Shown: in pieces, positions 15,491-24,835 of the stretch
Layout of the letters: the number at the start of each line of letters is the position of its first letter
How positions within the stretch are numbered: the stretch's first letter is position 1
NCBI GenBank assembly: GCA_009778185.1
Contig: WRKG01000296.1
Span: 1-47,341, forward strand
Origin: Bacillota bacterium
Lineage (GTDB): Bacteria > Bacillota > Clostridia > Lachnospirales > WQUN01
Direction of reading: 5' to 3'
Length of the DNA stretch: 47,341 nt
Translations under genes and position numbers: made by a program
Notes under the pieces: generated by a model
What the model saw: only the letters and a program-made list of their open reading frames with translations
The model's database searches: none
Told to the model about the DNA's origin: nothing

Positions 15491-18400
15491 ATGCGAAAGA
15501 ATATTTATCTAAAATCAATGTTGCGGCAACCTGGACGTACTTTTTTAATTATGTTGCTTATTGCGATTGTGGTTTTTGCGGTTGTTTTGCGGGTTTCCGA
15601 GTTTATAAACTTAAATTCGCATATTTCGCAAATTGCCGAAACGTACACATCTATTGGGCTTTTGCAGGCGGATTCGCAACTTGCCGACGTTAGCCCATGG
15701 GCAGATATTGTCGCAAATAGCCAATTTGTCGGCTTTGACGACCGCCGCCGATTTGCCGAAGGTATCTTGGAAGATTTTTTTAGTGCAGATATGTCTGGAA
15801 TGGACAACGGCTTTTTTTGGAACGGAATAATCAATTATGACAATCAACCTAGAATCACTGAAACCTTGTTTGTCGGATATTTGTGGAATATCGAAGAAAT
15901 GGACGAAGATAATTCTTGGATGCAATTTTGGGTTTCGTGGCTTGGTGCAGGAATGCCCGAGCATATTCAGCAGGGAAATTCCGTTTCGGTTGCCGTGCAT
16001 CACAACGTAATGCTAAACGGCGAAATGGTTCGCATAAATCCAACCGATTTTTTGCAACCCGAAAATAATTATCTTGTGCGCGCGTATTTTCGCGAACCTG
16101 TTGGACCTGCCGCTGCTACGTGGTTTCCCAATGCTAACAGCGTCGGGCTTGCAAGTTGGGGCGGTCCAACTGTACAAGATTTAACTCTGCTTCCGCTAAA
16201 CGAAAATTTGAATGATTTTGACGAAATTTTTTGGGTTTTGCCCGTCGAATGGGTTTCCACCGAAACGGGCGAATTGGTGCAATCTACTTTGGATTACGTG
16301 GAATTAGACGATTTTCAACCCTTATTTGATAATTTGGAAAAAATTAACCGAAATCAACGAGCGGTATTTTTGCAAACTACTCGCAATATGTATCTTATGC
16401 CGCAAATGCTTGTAAATAGCCATTTGCGCATGATAAACGATTTTAATAATCCTGGAAGACTAATAAATTTTGACGATTACATAAATCAAAATCCTGTAGC
16501 GGTTGTAAATGCCGATTTTGCCCGAATCCGCCAGCTTTCGCTAGGAGATACTTTTGTTGTTAATGTTTCGCCGAATCAATTTGTCAGCGGAGTAAATTCT
16601 CGTGCGACTGGCTGGGGAATTTTTAACGATTTTGTTATACGTAGCGAAAATTTGGAAAATGCCGAAAATGCCGAAAATTCCCAAGATTCAGATATTAGGT
16701 TGGAATTGGAAATTATCGGAATTGTCGAAAACGGTTTGCCAGGTTTTCGTACGCAAGCACCTCGATATATTTATATTCCCGATTCGCTGTTGCCTGCCGA
16801 TTTTGCTATCACGGGAATCGAAAACACTTTACCCGCCGATAGATTCAGTTTTATGTTGACCAGTTCGCGCCACGAGCAAACTTTTTATAATGAATATAAT
16901 CATCTTTTGGAAGAAATGGGCGTAAATTTAACTTTGCTTTGGACAGGTAGCGTTGGCTTTTGGATTGCCGCGGATTCTATTTTGACAATGGCAGGATTTA
17001 ATGCGATTGCCATGATTATTGCTTTGGTGCTTGTTTTTGTTATATCGTCTGCAATTTTGTTGCAACAGCGCCGAAAAGATTTTGCTATATTGCGGGCTTT
17101 GGGCGTTTCTTCTGCTAAAATTTTTATGCAGCTTTTTGCTTGTGTAATTATAATTATTGCTCCTGCAATTTTGGTTGGCAGTTTTGCCGCTTGGCAATTT
17201 ACGCAATCCGAAATTTTTTACGTAAATTTGGACGAAATTTTATCGCAAGTTGCGCCGCAAAATATCCCAGGAGCAGGAGTAGAACGCCACTTTTTGCAAA
17301 TAGTTCCGCCGATGGATATAACCGCAGGATTGCCAATTTATCTTATTTTGGGAATGTCGGGAATATTTTTTGCAATAATATTCATTATGATTGCATTTGG
17401 CGCAATTTATATGTTAAAACGCTCAACTTTAGCAATGTTGCAGGGAACAGTCCCAAAAATGCGATTGGTCGAAACTGTTCCAATCAGCAAAAAATTTGAA
17501 ATGCCCAATCTGCAAGAGGTTTTCGCAACCACAAAAAAATGGGAAATCTCAAATAAAATGCAGTATATTTACAAAAATATTGTGAGAGCGCCGTTGCAAT
17601 CGGTTTTGTGCCTAATTGTTGCGTTGGCTTTTATGCTGTTGCTTGGCTGGTTGCAGCAATCCATTTTTTTAACGGAACTAGAAATAGCGACAATTCACGA
17701 TACAACGCCCGTTGAAATTGAAGTATTTGCAGGTTCGGATGCACGTGCCTTAAGTGCAGGATCATCTTTGCCCATGCCATTTGACAGACGAATGGACGAC
17801 TTTATCGCCACAAATACAATTAACCGAATCCGCGAATCGGATTATTTTCACGAAGTTTATTATGTTGGCGCGCATTTTATTTCATTTTTGGTTAATTCTC
17901 CAACGGGAGTTTTGCCTGTAAATTGGCGGCAAAATGTTGGATTTGACGAATCGTGGGGAATTTGGGATTTTTCAATAAATCAAATAATAAATCCCATGAT
18001 TGGCGTTCACAATTTGGAGCAATTTGTACAGCGAAGTGAAAGCATTTTTGTTGACGGCGTTGTCGGAGATTTAGCCATAACTTTTGCGGACGGCTTTGGT
18101 TATTCCGATTTTGCCAATCCGCAAGCCGATTTTTTGCCAATAATCGTTTCGCAAAGTACGTTAAACGCTCGCAATTTGCAACTGGGAGATGTTGCATCTA
18201 TTAGCTACAGGCTAGTTTTGCCACGCGTTTGGTACGACAAACCAGCGATAATAATCGGAGTACATAACGATCACATTTCTGGCTCTGCATCACAGCAAGC
18301 GATGATTGTTCCGTTGCAATTTTTGGAAGAAAACATTGGCAGTTGGCTAGGTTACACAACGTTATCGTTCGAAGTTACGCCAGAATACAGCAATACCGAA

Positions 18401-18874
18401 AGTTTAGCCCAAGTTCGCCAAACGGTTGATGAGATAATTCGCCGCGGCGACGGCACTTTTTGGATTTTAGATTTTTTTATGTGGGATGAAGAACTCCGCA
18501 ATTTGAGCGGTGCATTAGAACAAGTGCTTATTTTGCTAAATTTGCTTTATCCGATTGTTGTGGCTATTGCGGTTGCGGTTGCAATATTTTTGTCCATTTT
18601 GCTGATGTTGCAAAATGCGAAAATGGTCGCAATAATGAGCGTTTTGGGTTCTAGCAAGCCAAAAATAGCGTTAATGCTTTGCATAAAACAACTAGCTGTA
18701 TTTTTGGGCGGAATAATTTTAGGATTACTATTAACGCTAATTCTCGGTTGGAATTTTTCGCTAATTTTGCCGCTTTCGTTAAATTATTTTGTCGGTGCAA
18801 TAATCGGCTCAATTTTCGGTGCAATTTTAGTTACAAAAAAATCGCCAATCGATATGTTGCAAGTACGAGAATAA
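15491..18874 (+). CDS. Giant ABC transporter permease with two FtsX domains and two large extracytoplasmic domains (MacB/YbbP-like)
   Basis: 1127 aa. The pattern TM - large loop - 3 TM occurs twice. FtsX-type segments RRKDFAILRALGVSSAKIF and NAKMVAIMSVLGSSKPKIA. AAGGAG RBS. Confidence 0.8.
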   Translation: MRKNIYLKSMLRQPGRTFLIMLLIAIVVFAVVLRVSEFINLNSHISQIAETYTSIGLLQADSQLADVSPWADIVANSQFVGFDDRRRFAEGILEDFFSADMSGMDNGFFWNGIINYDNQPRITETLFVGYLWNIEEMDEDNSWMQFWVSWLGAGMPEHIQQGNSVSVAVHHNVMLNGEMVRINPTDFLQPENNYLVRAYFREPVGPAAATWFPNANSVGLASWGGPTVQDLTLLPLNENLNDFDEIFWVLPVEWVSTETGELVQSTLDYVELDDFQPLFDNLEKINRNQRAVFLQTTRNMYLMPQMLVNSHLRMINDFNNPGRLINFDDYINQNPVAVVNADFARIRQLSLGDTFVVNVSPNQFVSGVNSRATGWGIFNDFVIRSENLENAENAENSQDSDIRLELEIIGIVENGLPGFRTQAPRYIYIPDSLLPADFAITGIENTLPADRFSFMLTSSRHEQTFYNEYNHLLEEMGVNLTLLWTGSVGFWIAADSILTMAGFNAIAMIIALVLVFVISSAILLQQRRKDFAILRALGVSSAKIFMQLFACVIIIIAPAILVGSFAAWQFTQSEIFYVNLDEILSQVAPQNIPGAGVERHFLQIVPPMDITAGLPIYLILGMSGIFFAIIFIMIAFGAIYMLKRSTLAMLQGTVPKMRLVETVPISKKFEMPNLQEVFATTKKWEISNKMQYIYKNIVRAPLQSVLCLIVALAFMLLLGWLQQSIFLTELEIATIHDTTPVEIEVFAGSDARALSAGSSLPMPFDRRMDDFIATNTINRIRESDYFHEVYYVGAHFISFLVNSPTGVLPVNWRQNVGFDESWGIWDFSINQIINPMIGVHNLEQFVQRSESIFVDGVVGDLAITFADGFGYSDFANPQADFLPIIVSQSTLNARNLQLGDVASISYRLVLPRVWYDKPAIIIGVHNDHISGSASQQAMIVPLQFLEENIGSWLGYTTLSFEVTPEYSNTESLAQVRQTVDEIIRRGDGTFWILDFFMWDEELRNLSGALEQVLILLNLLYPIVVAIAVAVAIFLSILLMLQNAKMVAIMSVLGSSKPKIALMLCIKQLAVFLGGIILGLLLTLILGWNFSLILPLSLNYFVGAIIGSIFGAILVTKKSPIDMLQVRE

Positions 18875-18879
18875 AAAAT
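18845..18879 (+). repeat. Direct repeat flanking a REP, copy 1 (3' end of the permease gene)
   Basis: CCAATCGATATGTTGCAAGTACGAGAATAAAAA, repeated at 18931-18960 with a 4-nt deletion. Confidence 0.75.
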
Positions 18880-18896
18880 GCGATATTTCACACACC

Positions 18897-18921
18897 GTAG
18901 GGGCGGATATTATCCGCCCGT
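18897..18921 (+). repeat. REP-like hairpin (GTAGGGGCGGATATTATCCGCCCGT) inside the permease-ATPase spacer
   Basis: Identical core to 9429, 34024 and 46096. Confidence 0.8.
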
Positions 18922-18930
18922 TATACTAAA

Positions 18931-18960
18931 CCAATCGATATGTTGCACGAGAATAAAAAT
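18931..18960 (+). repeat. Direct repeat flanking a REP, copy 2 (non-coding relic)
   Basis: CCAATCGATATGTTGCACGAGAATAAAAAT. Confidence 0.75.
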
Positions 18961-18986
18961 ATAACAATCCAAATTAAGAAAAAATG

Positions 18987-19042
18987 CGGGTCAAGGGCGC
19001 GCGCGTCCTTGCGGGTGTGGGCAGCGCCCACGGTTTTGAATT
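18987..19042 (+). repeat. GC-rich two-hairpin repeat, family B, copy 2
   Basis: CGGGTCAAGGGCGCGCGCGTCCTTGCGGGTGTGGGCAGCGCCCACGGTTTTGAATT. The GTGGGC/GCCCAC stem is compensatory relative to copy 1. Confidence 0.7.
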
Positions 19043-19059
19043 AAGCCACGGAGGAATTT

Positions 19060-19728
19060 ATGGATAATTTATTGATAAAAGATGTAATTTACAAATACAA
19101 AAATGGCGACCGTGAAGTTTTGAAAAGTGTAAACGCCTTTTTTGAACCAGGATATATGTACTCGGTTGTTGGACCTTCTGGCAGCGGAAAAACTACGCTG
19201 TTATCCATTATGGCAGGATTAGATTTGCCGACCAGCGGCGAAGTTTACATTGGCGGCGAAAATGTTAAATTGTTAAACCTAAACGAGTACAGAAGTAAGC
19301 GAATTTCGGTTATATTTCAAGCGTTTCAGTTGTTTCCATTGCTTACAACTGTAGAAAATGTTTCGTATCCGCTAGAATTTATGGGAACAAACCGCAAAAA
19401 TGCCACCGAGCGAGCAAAAATATTGCTAAACAGCGTTGGAATTGACGAAAACAAACACAAGCGTTATCCTGCGAACCTTTCGGGCGGCGAACAGCAACGT
19501 GTTGCAATAGCCCGCGCGCTTTCCACAGGAGCAAAAATAATTTTGGCAGATGAACCAACTGGCAACCTCGATTTGGAAAACGGCAGAGCAGTAATTTCTA
19601 TTTTGCAAAAACTTGCACACGAAGAAAAATATTGCGTTATTGTTGTAACTCACAACCAGGAAATAGCCGATATTTCCGATACAGTTTACAAAATGTCGGA
19701 CGGAATTTTAACCGAAGTTGCCAATTAA
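19060..19728 (+). CDS. ABC transporter ATP-binding protein (MacB/LolD-type)
   Basis: Walker [10 protein letters not shown], signature [15 protein letters not shown], Walker B ILADEPT. Confidence 0.9.
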   Translation: MDNLLIKDVIYKYKNGDREVLKSVNAFFEPGYMYSVVGPSGSGKTTLLSIMAGLDLPTSGEVYIGGENVKLLNLNEYRSKRISVIFQAFQLFPLLTTVENVSYPLEFMGTNRKNATERAKILLNSVGIDENKHKRYPANLSGGEQQRVAIARALSTGAKIILADEPTGNLDLENGRAVISILQKLAHEEKYCVIVVTHNQEIADISDTVYKMSDGILTEVAN

Positions 19729-19734
19729 ATTTTA

Positions 19735-19763
19735 TTGTGCAATGCAAATTTTTATGTTATAAT
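19735..19763 (+). promoter_or_regulatory. Promoter TTGTGC-17-(TGt)TATAAT upstream of aguA
   Basis: -35 at 19735-19740, extended -10 at 19755-19763. Confidence 0.45.
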
Positions 19764-19798
19764 ATTTTTATGACAATAAATTTAGGGGGAAATTTTCC

Positions 19799-21742
19799 AT
19801 GAATAAAGAAACAAGATGCAGTTTTACCTATAAAGCCTGGCTTGGCAACATCGAAAACAAGACGCAAACGTTCAAAGTTACAGGCGAAAATTCTAATGCA
19901 GATTTTGCAATAGCAGAATGTAAACACGGATTAGGCAATTTGGCAACCGATAACGGAAATATTGCGGTTAATTTGAAAATCTCGGAAAACCTGCCAACCG
20001 AAGGTTTTTCTATTGTTGGAAAAACGGACAACGTCGAAATAACGGGCGGCGATAAAATTGGCTTGCTGTACGGAGTTTACAAATTTTTAACCTTGTTACG
20101 CCAAAATATTGACGTTACAAATATTTCGTTAAACGACCAGCCAACCGTTGCCAACCGCATTCTCAATCACTGGGATAATATCGACGGTTCGGTTGAACGT
20201 GGCTATGCAGGAAAATCCATATTTTTCCGCAATAATCAGCTGCATTACGATGCCGACCGTCTGCAAGATTACGCTCGGCTGTTGGCAAGCGTTGGCATAA
20301 ATCAAATTTGCCTTAACAATGTCAATGTATATTTTGAAAGTGCAAAACTCATTACCGAGGAAAAATTGCCAGATTTAGCTAAAGTTGCCGATATTTTTCG
20401 TCCGTTTGGCATTCGTTTAATTATTGCGGTGCATTTTGAAAGCCCTGTTTTACTGGGCGGAATCCAAACAGCCGATCCGTTGGACGAAAAAGTGGCGGAA
20501 TGGTGGCAAAACGCAACAAAATTGGTTTACAAATATATTCCCGATTTAGTGGGCTTTTTAATGAAAGCGGATTCCGAGTTTCGTAGCGGGCCCGCCGCAA
20601 TGGGTCGCACGCAAGCCGAAGGGGCTCGTCCGATTGCAAAAGCCTTGCAGCTTTTTGGCGGCATAATTTACTGGCGTTGTTTCATTTACAACTGTATGCA
20701 GGATTGGCGCGACACAAAAACCGATCGTCCAAAAGCCGCATACGATTATTTTTATCCGCTGGACGGCAAATTTGAAGATAACGTTATTTTGCAAATTAAA
20801 CATGGACCTTCCGATTTTCAGGTTCGCGAGCCAAATTCACCACTTTTGGGAGCAATGCAACACACGCCCCAAAACATGGAATTGCAAATTACGCAAGAAT
20901 ACACTGGTCAGCAAAAAGATTTGTACACGCTTGCGGTGCAATGGGACGAAGTTTTGGAGCATCCCATAAACGAAAAGCAAACTACACGAGATATTATCGG
21001 TGCGGACAACAAAATAATTGCACTTTCGGCAGTGGCAAATGTCGGCGACGACGAAAACTGGACAGGGCATTTATTGGCACAAGCCAATTTGTACGCTTTC
21101 GCGCGCCTTGCGTGGAATCCCAAGCAAACGCCAAAGCAGCTTACACAAGAATGGATTGCTTGCACTTTTGGCAATAATCCTAAATTGTTGCAGCCGCTAA
21201 CCGAAATGATGTTAAAATCGCGGGCGGTTTACGAACAATATAACGCTCCTTTGGGAATCGGCTGGATGGTCAATATACATCATCATTATGGTCCAAGCGT
21301 TGACGGCTACGAGTACATGAAATGGGGAACATATCACCGTGCAGATACAAAAGAAATCGGCGTAAATCGCACCGCCGCAGGAACTGGCTACACAACGCAA
21401 TATCAACCGTATGTTCGGGATATGTACGAAAATTTGGAAACTTGTCCACAAGATATGTTGCTGTATTTCCACCGTTTACCGTACAATTTTATGCTAAAAA
21501 GTGGCAAAACGTTAATTCAACATATTTACGATACCCATTTTGAGGGCGTTGAGGGCGTTGAAGAATTTATAAAAACATGGGATTCTTTGAAAGAATTTAT
21601 GCCGCAAGTTGCCCACGAATCAGTAAAAGAGCGTTTTGCAATGCAATTAGAAAATGCCAAAGAATGGCGCGATGTTGTTAATAGTTATTTTTATCGTAAA
21701 ACGGGGATTGATGATGCAAAAGGGCGGAAGATTTATGTTTAG
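19799..21742 (+). CDS. aguA: Alpha-glucuronidase, GH67
   Basis: 647 aa. NHWDNIDGSVERGYAGKSIFF, DYARLLASVGINQ, MKADSEFRSGP, WRCFIYNCMQDWRD and EWRDVVNSYFYRKTGIDDAKGRKIYV match Geobacillus AguA as I recall it. Confidence 0.95.
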   Translation: MNKETRCSFTYKAWLGNIENKTQTFKVTGENSNADFAIAECKHGLGNLATDNGNIAVNLKISENLPTEGFSIVGKTDNVEITGGDKIGLLYGVYKFLTLLRQNIDVTNISLNDQPTVANRILNHWDNIDGSVERGYAGKSIFFRNNQLHYDADRLQDYARLLASVGINQICLNNVNVYFESAKLITEEKLPDLAKVADIFRPFGIRLIIAVHFESPVLLGGIQTADPLDEKVAEWWQNATKLVYKYIPDLVGFLMKADSEFRSGPAAMGRTQAEGARPIAKALQLFGGIIYWRCFIYNCMQDWRDTKTDRPKAAYDYFYPLDGKFEDNVILQIKHGPSDFQVREPNSPLLGAMQHTPQNMELQITQEYTGQQKDLYTLAVQWDEVLEHPINEKQTTRDIIGADNKIIALSAVANVGDDENWTGHLLAQANLYAFARLAWNPKQTPKQLTQEWIACTFGNNPKLLQPLTEMMLKSRAVYEQYNAPLGIGWMVNIHHHYGPSVDGYEYMKWGTYHRADTKEIGVNRTAAGTGYTTQYQPYVRDMYENLETCPQDMLLYFHRLPYNFMLKSGKTLIQHIYDTHFEGVEGVEEFIKTWDSLKEFMPQVAHESVKERFAMQLENAKEWRDVVNSYFYRKTGIDDAKGRKIYV

Positions 21743-21770
21743 GGTTGGGATTATACTAAATCTGACAAAC

Positions 21771-21797
21771 AAAAAAGACCAAATAAAGGTCTTTTTT
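21771..21797. terminator. Bidirectional intrinsic terminator
   Basis: AAAAAAGACC-aaataaa-GGTCTTTTTT between convergent aguA and 21820..22866. Confidence 0.7.
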
Positions 21798-21819
21798 GTT
21801 TTTTCAAAATTTGTAAATT

Positions 21820-22866
21820 TTAGAAAAGTTGATTTATGCGGTCGAACATTGTGTCGGTTGGCAAGTTTTCAATATTTCGTGTGCCTATAGCATCGTCTAT
21901 GCTGTTCATAAAGTCGAAAGTAAACCCATTTTCGCTAGGTTCGGCATTTTGCAAGTGATTTAACAAACTTAATTGTTGCTCTTCGGAGGAAACTAAACCG
22001 TTTTGCATTACAAAATCTTTTACAATGTTGGTAAAATGGTTTAGAGATTCTCGTATACCATTGGAAATTTTATCGATTAGCTGTAACATATCGTTAATTT
22101 TTTCTTCGCTAATCTCTATTTTACCCATGTTAAAATTGCCAACTCTGCCATCTGCAACTGCTTGGTTGTGGTAGAACATTTGAGACATTTCGAAGTGCAT
22201 CCTCATGAAAGTTTGCATTTCTCTATCTCCAGCATAAAGATTCGCAGTCAAATCAAAAGCACGGTCAAGGTTAGATATTTGAGTTTCTAACTCTTCTCCA
22301 GTAAACTGTTCTTCTAGCGATTGGCGCATTTCGGCGTATTTATTGGCTAAATCGGTCATATTTTGTACATCGGAATTATTATAGTTGAGTACAGTCATAA
22401 GTTGGGCACCCAATTCAGCCATTGGGATATTGTCGATTGAAAAATGTTGTATTTGTTTATCTATATCAGTAACCTTGGTTGTTTGTGTACGATTAAGAAA
22501 ATGAGCGGCTTCTGCAGAAATACCAAATTTTTGTTGATCTTGCTCACCTAACCAAAAACTAGCCCAGTCTGCCTTGGACAATTCGTCCATTCTAGCGTTT
22601 GACAAATGCGAAAGCATAGTATTTTTTGAGCGAGTAAAGTAATCGTTTTCAGGTGGAATAACTTCGGTAAATTCTTTTTGTTTTAACTGGTTAGGATTTT
22701 CTTTCTGTATAGCTTGGAACATTTGGCGAGCCTCATTACTAATATCTAAAGTTGCGTTTTCTGATAACGTAAAAGTTTGCGATTTTAGGGTTTTAGCAAG
22801 GTTAAAAGGGTTTGATGATGGCTTGTTTATAGTCAAAGCACCGTTGTTTATAGTTGTAATTTGCAT
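21820..22866 (-). CDS. Hypothetical, predicted helical cytoplasmic protein
   Basis: About 348 aa. Start set to ATG 22866 (AAAGGAG RBS, 8-nt spacing). No family recognised. Confidence 0.55.
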   Translation of the reverse strand: MQITTINNGALTINKPSSNPFNLAKTLKSQTFTLSENATLDISNEARQMFQAIQKENPNQLKQKEFTEVIPPENDYFTRSKNTMLSHLSNARMDELSKADWASFWLGEQDQQKFGISAEAAHFLNRTQTTKVTDIDKQIQHFSIDNIPMAELGAQLMTVLNYNNSDVQNMTDLANKYAEMRQSLEEQFTGEELETQISNLDRAFDLTANLYAGDREMQTFMRMHFEMSQMFYHNQAVADGRVGNFNMGKIEISEEKINDMLQLIDKISNGIRESLNHFTNIVKDFVMQNGLVSSEEQQLSLLNHLQNAEPSENGFTFDFMNSIDDAIGTRNIENLPTDTMFDRINQLF

Positions 22867-22883
22867 ATTTTTCACTCCTTTCG

Positions 22884-24626
22884 TTATCGTAATATTGGGG
22901 CACCATTCATATAAGGAGTATGACCATATCGCCTATAAAGCACGTTTATCTCTGGAAAATCGATTACTTGACCAGTTGCAATATCTACAACCATAGGTGT
23001 ATACGGAGGTCCCCCTATTGTAACGCCAGGAGATTCAAAATCTTCGGCGTACCAAATATCGAGATGTGTATTGAAATATTGAAAATATTGATATAATGCA
23101 CCTATTCCCGAAACGAGAACAATTATAGCTCTATCAGAACTTATATCCGTCCAAACAGGGTCTGACAGTACAGCTCCTGTGTAAGGACCTATTGCATTCG
23201 GCACTTTAGCTACTACAACTGTGTTTCCTGTAGAAAAAATGCTTTCTTGTCTTGAGGTATAACTATTATTTGAAGTTGGAAATGTGCGAGCGGTACGATG
23301 TATATACAATCCATTAAAATTAAGTGCTACACCATCAATATAAAGTTTACCATTTTTGACTTCGGGTTCGGGCAAAGCCAAATTCTCCTCAACTACCGAC
23401 AACGAATAACTACTAGTTGCACTATATCCACCGTTAAGGCTACGTACTTCAATATAAAAAGTAGTATTTTGCGGCAACTGCCAAATTCTCGTTTCCTCGT
23501 TTGCACTTGCAAATGCTGCTAACAAATTTAAGTTGTAATCGTACAAATAAACAGCATAAGTTGCACCGTTCGGCACGTTTGACAAAGTAACGTTTAATAA
23601 ATCGGAATCGCCTGTTGTAAATGCAAACCAATCAACATCCAAAGGACTGTCGAGCGTTTGGTTGGCGGTAAATGGCAAAGTGTGTTCTCGTGCATCTAAT
23701 GCGTTGTCGTCAAATTCGGAGTTGTCAAAATCTGTAGATGTATGGATTATAAAATTGTACAATCCGTTTACAGGTGCTAATGGAACAAGTTGCAGAAAAT
23801 ACATATTTGTTGTAGGCACAAGATAACTAACCTGTTGCAAGACATCTGTAGTATAATATGCGGAAATTGCAACCGCATTAAGCATATTGCCATCGAGTCT
23901 GTATAAAACTACTGCGTAAACTCCGTACATTGGTTGCTCTAATGCTACTGTTAGCTTGGTGTTTTCGGGAGCAACAAATGCGTACCAACTTTCGTCAGCA
24001 CTAGATATGTTTGTCAACCACAATCCAAACAGAGAGTTATCCACAATGTAAGCATTATTTGGATTTGTATTAAAACGCACCGTTCTTGTTGATGTTTCGA
24101 AAGGATATGTTACAGAATTTTGTGGGATTGTTACATCTTCAAAGGTGTTTCCAAGCAAGTTGTCAACATTTATAGCAACAGGAGCATTTTCGCCGTTTAG
24201 TTCGTCAACTAAAATGTCAACCTCTAAAGTTGCGTTTGCGGCAAATGGTGCAACAACGTTTTCTATGTTTAATTCGCGATGTTGTAGTTCCATTGGAACA
24301 GATTCTACTTGCTCGGTAATTTCTTCCGAAAGTTGATTTTCAACAGTTTCTTCGGTTTCGTATTCTATGTAATTTTGGTCAACCGTTGTTTCTGGTTCTT
24401 CAAGTTCGGTAATTTCTTCCAAAATAGGCTTTTCAAAAATTTCTTCGGTTTCGTATTCTATGTAATTTTCGTCAACCGTTGTTTCGGTTTCTTCCAGTTC
24501 GGTAACTTCTTCCAAAACGGGATTTTCCAAGAAATCGTCCGCATTTGCAAAAGTTACAGTCGGCAATATCATTGTAAAAACTAGCATTAAAGCCATTATT
24601 GCCGTAAAAAATTTTTTTCCATTCAT
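22884..24626 (-). CDS. Secreted protein with acidic 31-aa repeats and two pre-peptidase C-terminal (PPC)-like domains
   Basis: 580 aa. Signal ...PTVTFANA. WYAFVAPENTKLTVAL and VDWFAFTTGDSDLLNVTLSNVPNGATYAVYLYD resemble PPC domains. No catalytic motif seen. Confidence 0.55.
   Translation of the reverse strand: MNGKKFFTAIMALMLVFTMILPTVTFANADDFLENPVLEEVTELEETETTVDENYIEYETEEIFEKPILEEITELEEPETTVDQNYIEYETEETVENQLSEEITEQVESVPMELQHRELNIENVVAPFAANATLEVDILVDELNGENAPVAINVDNLLGNTFEDVTIPQNSVTYPFETSTRTVRFNTNPNNAYIVDNSLFGLWLTNISSADESWYAFVAPENTKLTVALEQPMYGVYAVVLYRLDGNMLNAVAISAYYTTDVLQQVSYLVPTTNMYFLQLVPLAPVNGLYNFIIHTSTDFDNSEFDDNALDAREHTLPFTANQTLDSPLDVDWFAFTTGDSDLLNVTLSNVPNGATYAVYLYDYNLNLLAAFASANEETRIWQLPQNTTFYIEVRSLNGGYSATSSYSLSVVEENLALPEPEVKNGKLYIDGVALNFNGLYIHRTARTFPTSNNSYTSRQESIFSTGNTVVVAKVPNAIGPYTGAVLSDPVWTDISSDRAIIVLVSGIGALYQYFQYFNTHLDIWYAEDFESPGVTIGGPPYTPMVVDIATGQVIDFPEINVLYRRYGHTPYMNGAPILR
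24347..24532 (-). repeat. 2 x 93-bp tandem repeat (31-aa acidic units)
   Basis: TTTCTTCGGTTTCGTATTCTATGTAATTTT begins at both 24347 and 24440. Confidence 0.8.
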
Positions 24627-24774
24627 AATTACTTTCCTCTCATATTTTATTATTTTTGGATATTTTTCCTAAAAACCAACCTCCTTTTTAATATTTGCCA
24701 AATTACAAATATTATACCACACAAAATTTTTTCCGTCAACAAAATTACTTTGAACTTCCCTCTCTACCCAAAAA

Positions 24775-24803
24775 TTGACATCCCCAAAAAATCATGTTAA
24801 AAT
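24775..24803 (+). promoter_or_regulatory. Promoter TTGACA-17-(TGt)TAAAAT
   Basis: -35 at 24775-24780 and -10 at 24798-24803. Confidence 0.5.
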
Positions 24804-24835
24804 AAAATACAATCCACCATAAAAAGGAGTTCCCC

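Noticed and set aside
16655-16682. Short tandem GAAAATGCC repeat (ENAENAEN) inside the FtsX-type permease gene.
   Set aside because: There are only two to three copies of a 9-mer in a predicted loop region. This is ordinary low-complexity coding sequence and not noteworthy on its own.
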